From positions 66,159-130,158 of the forward strand of contig WAKB01000001.1 in NCBI GenBank assembly GCA_015523545.1: a stretch of DNA of 64,000 nt, in the 5' to 3' direction. This document shows, in pieces, positions 63,550 through 64,000 of the stretch; the stretch's first letter is position 1, and each line of letters starts with the position of its first letter. The notes below the pieces were generated by a model. It made no database searches. It saw only the letters and a list, made by a program, of their open reading frames with translations, and had not been told where the DNA came from. The position numbers and the translations under genes are program-made. The stretch comes from Candidatus Geothermarchaeota archaeon (GTDB lineage Archaea; Thermoproteota; Nitrososphaeria; Geothermarchaeales; JDFR-13).

Positions 63550-63571
63550 CCTCCATAGGGATAGATGGAGG
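63550..63571 (-). promoter_or_regulatory. 7-bp inverted repeat (CCTCCAT/ATGGAGG) overlapping the Shine-Dalgarno sequence of the inositol-phosphate synthase gene
   Basis: The plus strand reads cctccat agggatag atggagg. On the mRNA strand the 3-prime arm AUGGAGG is part of GGAGGUGGUGA, 4-14 nt upstream of the GTG start. Confidence 0.4.
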
Positions 63572-63626
63572 AATATGGTTTAGGCGTGGAGCTAGTAGCC
63601 CACAGGATCCACGGAGTCCTCCATCC

Positions 63627-63633
63627 AAAAAAA
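63627..63633 (-). terminator. T7 tract on the minus strand downstream of the aminotransferase gene
   Basis: A7 on the plus strand (T7 on the minus strand) about 45 nt past the stop at 63677. It is adjacent to TATA-like tatat, so it may also belong to the promoter of the next gene. Confidence 0.3.
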
Positions 63634-63676
63634 TATAGTGATTATTTTTGTCAGATATAAATCCTCTCCATCGGCC

Positions 63677-64000
63677 CTACCAGTTCTCCACGTATGTCTT
63701 GGCCTCCGCCACCACCTTGGCAGCGTCGTTCAACGCCTCTATATGCGCCTCAATATCCTCCATCGTGTGCTGTACACTTATTGTCCACATCTCTTCAGGC
63801 CCTGTAGCCATGGGTATAACACCCCTGTTTAGCATTGCGTAGTAGTAGGGGTACCATAGCTCGAATGGGAGGTTTAGGAGGTCTCTGAAGCTGTGTACAG
63901 GTTCTGGGGAGAATAGGAATGCTCCTGAGACGCCGAAGGTCTCGACCACGACATCAACGCCATTCTCATGGAAGATCTTCTCATACCCCTTGCTGAGCTC
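63677..64000 (-). CDS. class-III PLP aminotransferase, glutamate-1-semialdehyde aminomutase-like (C-terminal part; gene continues past the window end)
   Basis: The frame stays open to position 64000 (ELSKGYEKIFHENGVDVVVETFGVSGAFLFSPEPV...). The C-terminal pattern FYYAMLNRGVIPMATGPEEMWTISVQHTMEDIEAHIEAL resembles the HemL/class-III end. Confidence 0.6.
   Translation of the reverse strand, partial: ELSKGYEKIFHENGVDVVVETFGVSGAFLFSPEPVHSFRDLLNLPFELWYPYYYAMLNRGVIPMATGPEEMWTISVQHTMEDIEAHIEALNDAAKVVAEAKTYVENW

Noticed and set aside
1-64000. CRISPR arrays, rRNA/tRNA genes, transposases or integrases, and long nucleotide-level direct or inverted repeats
   Set aside because: I saw none while reading both strands. 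The only repeats seen are protein-level tandem domains (4714-6619), the three short zinc-ribbon cassettes, and small A/T boxes in promoters. I could not run an exhaustive computational repeat or tRNA scan.

Overview
The window is a densely packed, almost fully coding archaeal chromosomal segment. It looks crenarchaeal (Thermoprotei-like): codon usage is rich in AGG/ATA/CTA/TAT, A/T-rich TATA-like boxes sit about 25-35 nt upstream of start codons, and it carries archaea-specific CoA genes (pantoate kinase, phosphopantothenate synthetase), GatCAB, a PolB3-like polymerase and myo-inositol-1-phosphate synthase. I support about 60 protein genes. I found no rRNA, tRNA, CRISPR array, transposase or integrase.

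Recognisable metabolic blocks:
- Asn-tRNA transamidation (gatB-aspS fusion, gatA, gatC), with an AlaX editing protein transcribed divergently.
- Lrp/glnA.
- Methylcitrate cycle (prpB, prpD, citrate/2-methylcitrate synthase).
- Beta-oxidation-like genes (two acyl-CoA dehydrogenases, thiolase plus DUF35).
- AMP-forming acyl-CoA synthetase.
- BMP-family nucleoside-type ABC importer with a divergent HTH-phosphoribosyltransferase regulator.
- MacB-like ABC exporter and an ABC-2 exporter.
- CoA biosynthesis (coaBC, PPS, PoK).

Best candidates for something undescribed:
1. A tight three-gene operon (4490-10892, minus strand) in which all three products end in the same C-terminal zinc ribbon. The products are a soluble PRC-barrel protein, a membrane-anchored HtrA-like serine protease, and a 1413-aa membrane-anchored metzincin-like protein with 8 tandem beta-sandwich repeats.
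2. A single 917-aa ORF that joins a complete GatB to a complete archaeal-type AspRS end to end, followed by gatA and gatC. This would be a covalent transamidosome.
3. A translationally coupled operon of a RadB-like protein with a dead Walker A, a small Arg-rich protein, and an exonuclease-motif-less PolB3-like polymerase.

Smaller observations:
- An arrestin/Spo0M-like protein fused to a winged helix.
- A sharply AT-rich island (about 34.6-35.94 kb) whose right edge falls inside a gene.
- A 54-aa DUF2283-like gene missing from the ORF track.
- A hairpin that could sequester the Shine-Dalgarno sequence in front of the inositol-phosphate synthase gene.
- Pervasive 3-prime overlap of convergent genes.

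All family assignments come from motif recognition by eye. No database search was run.
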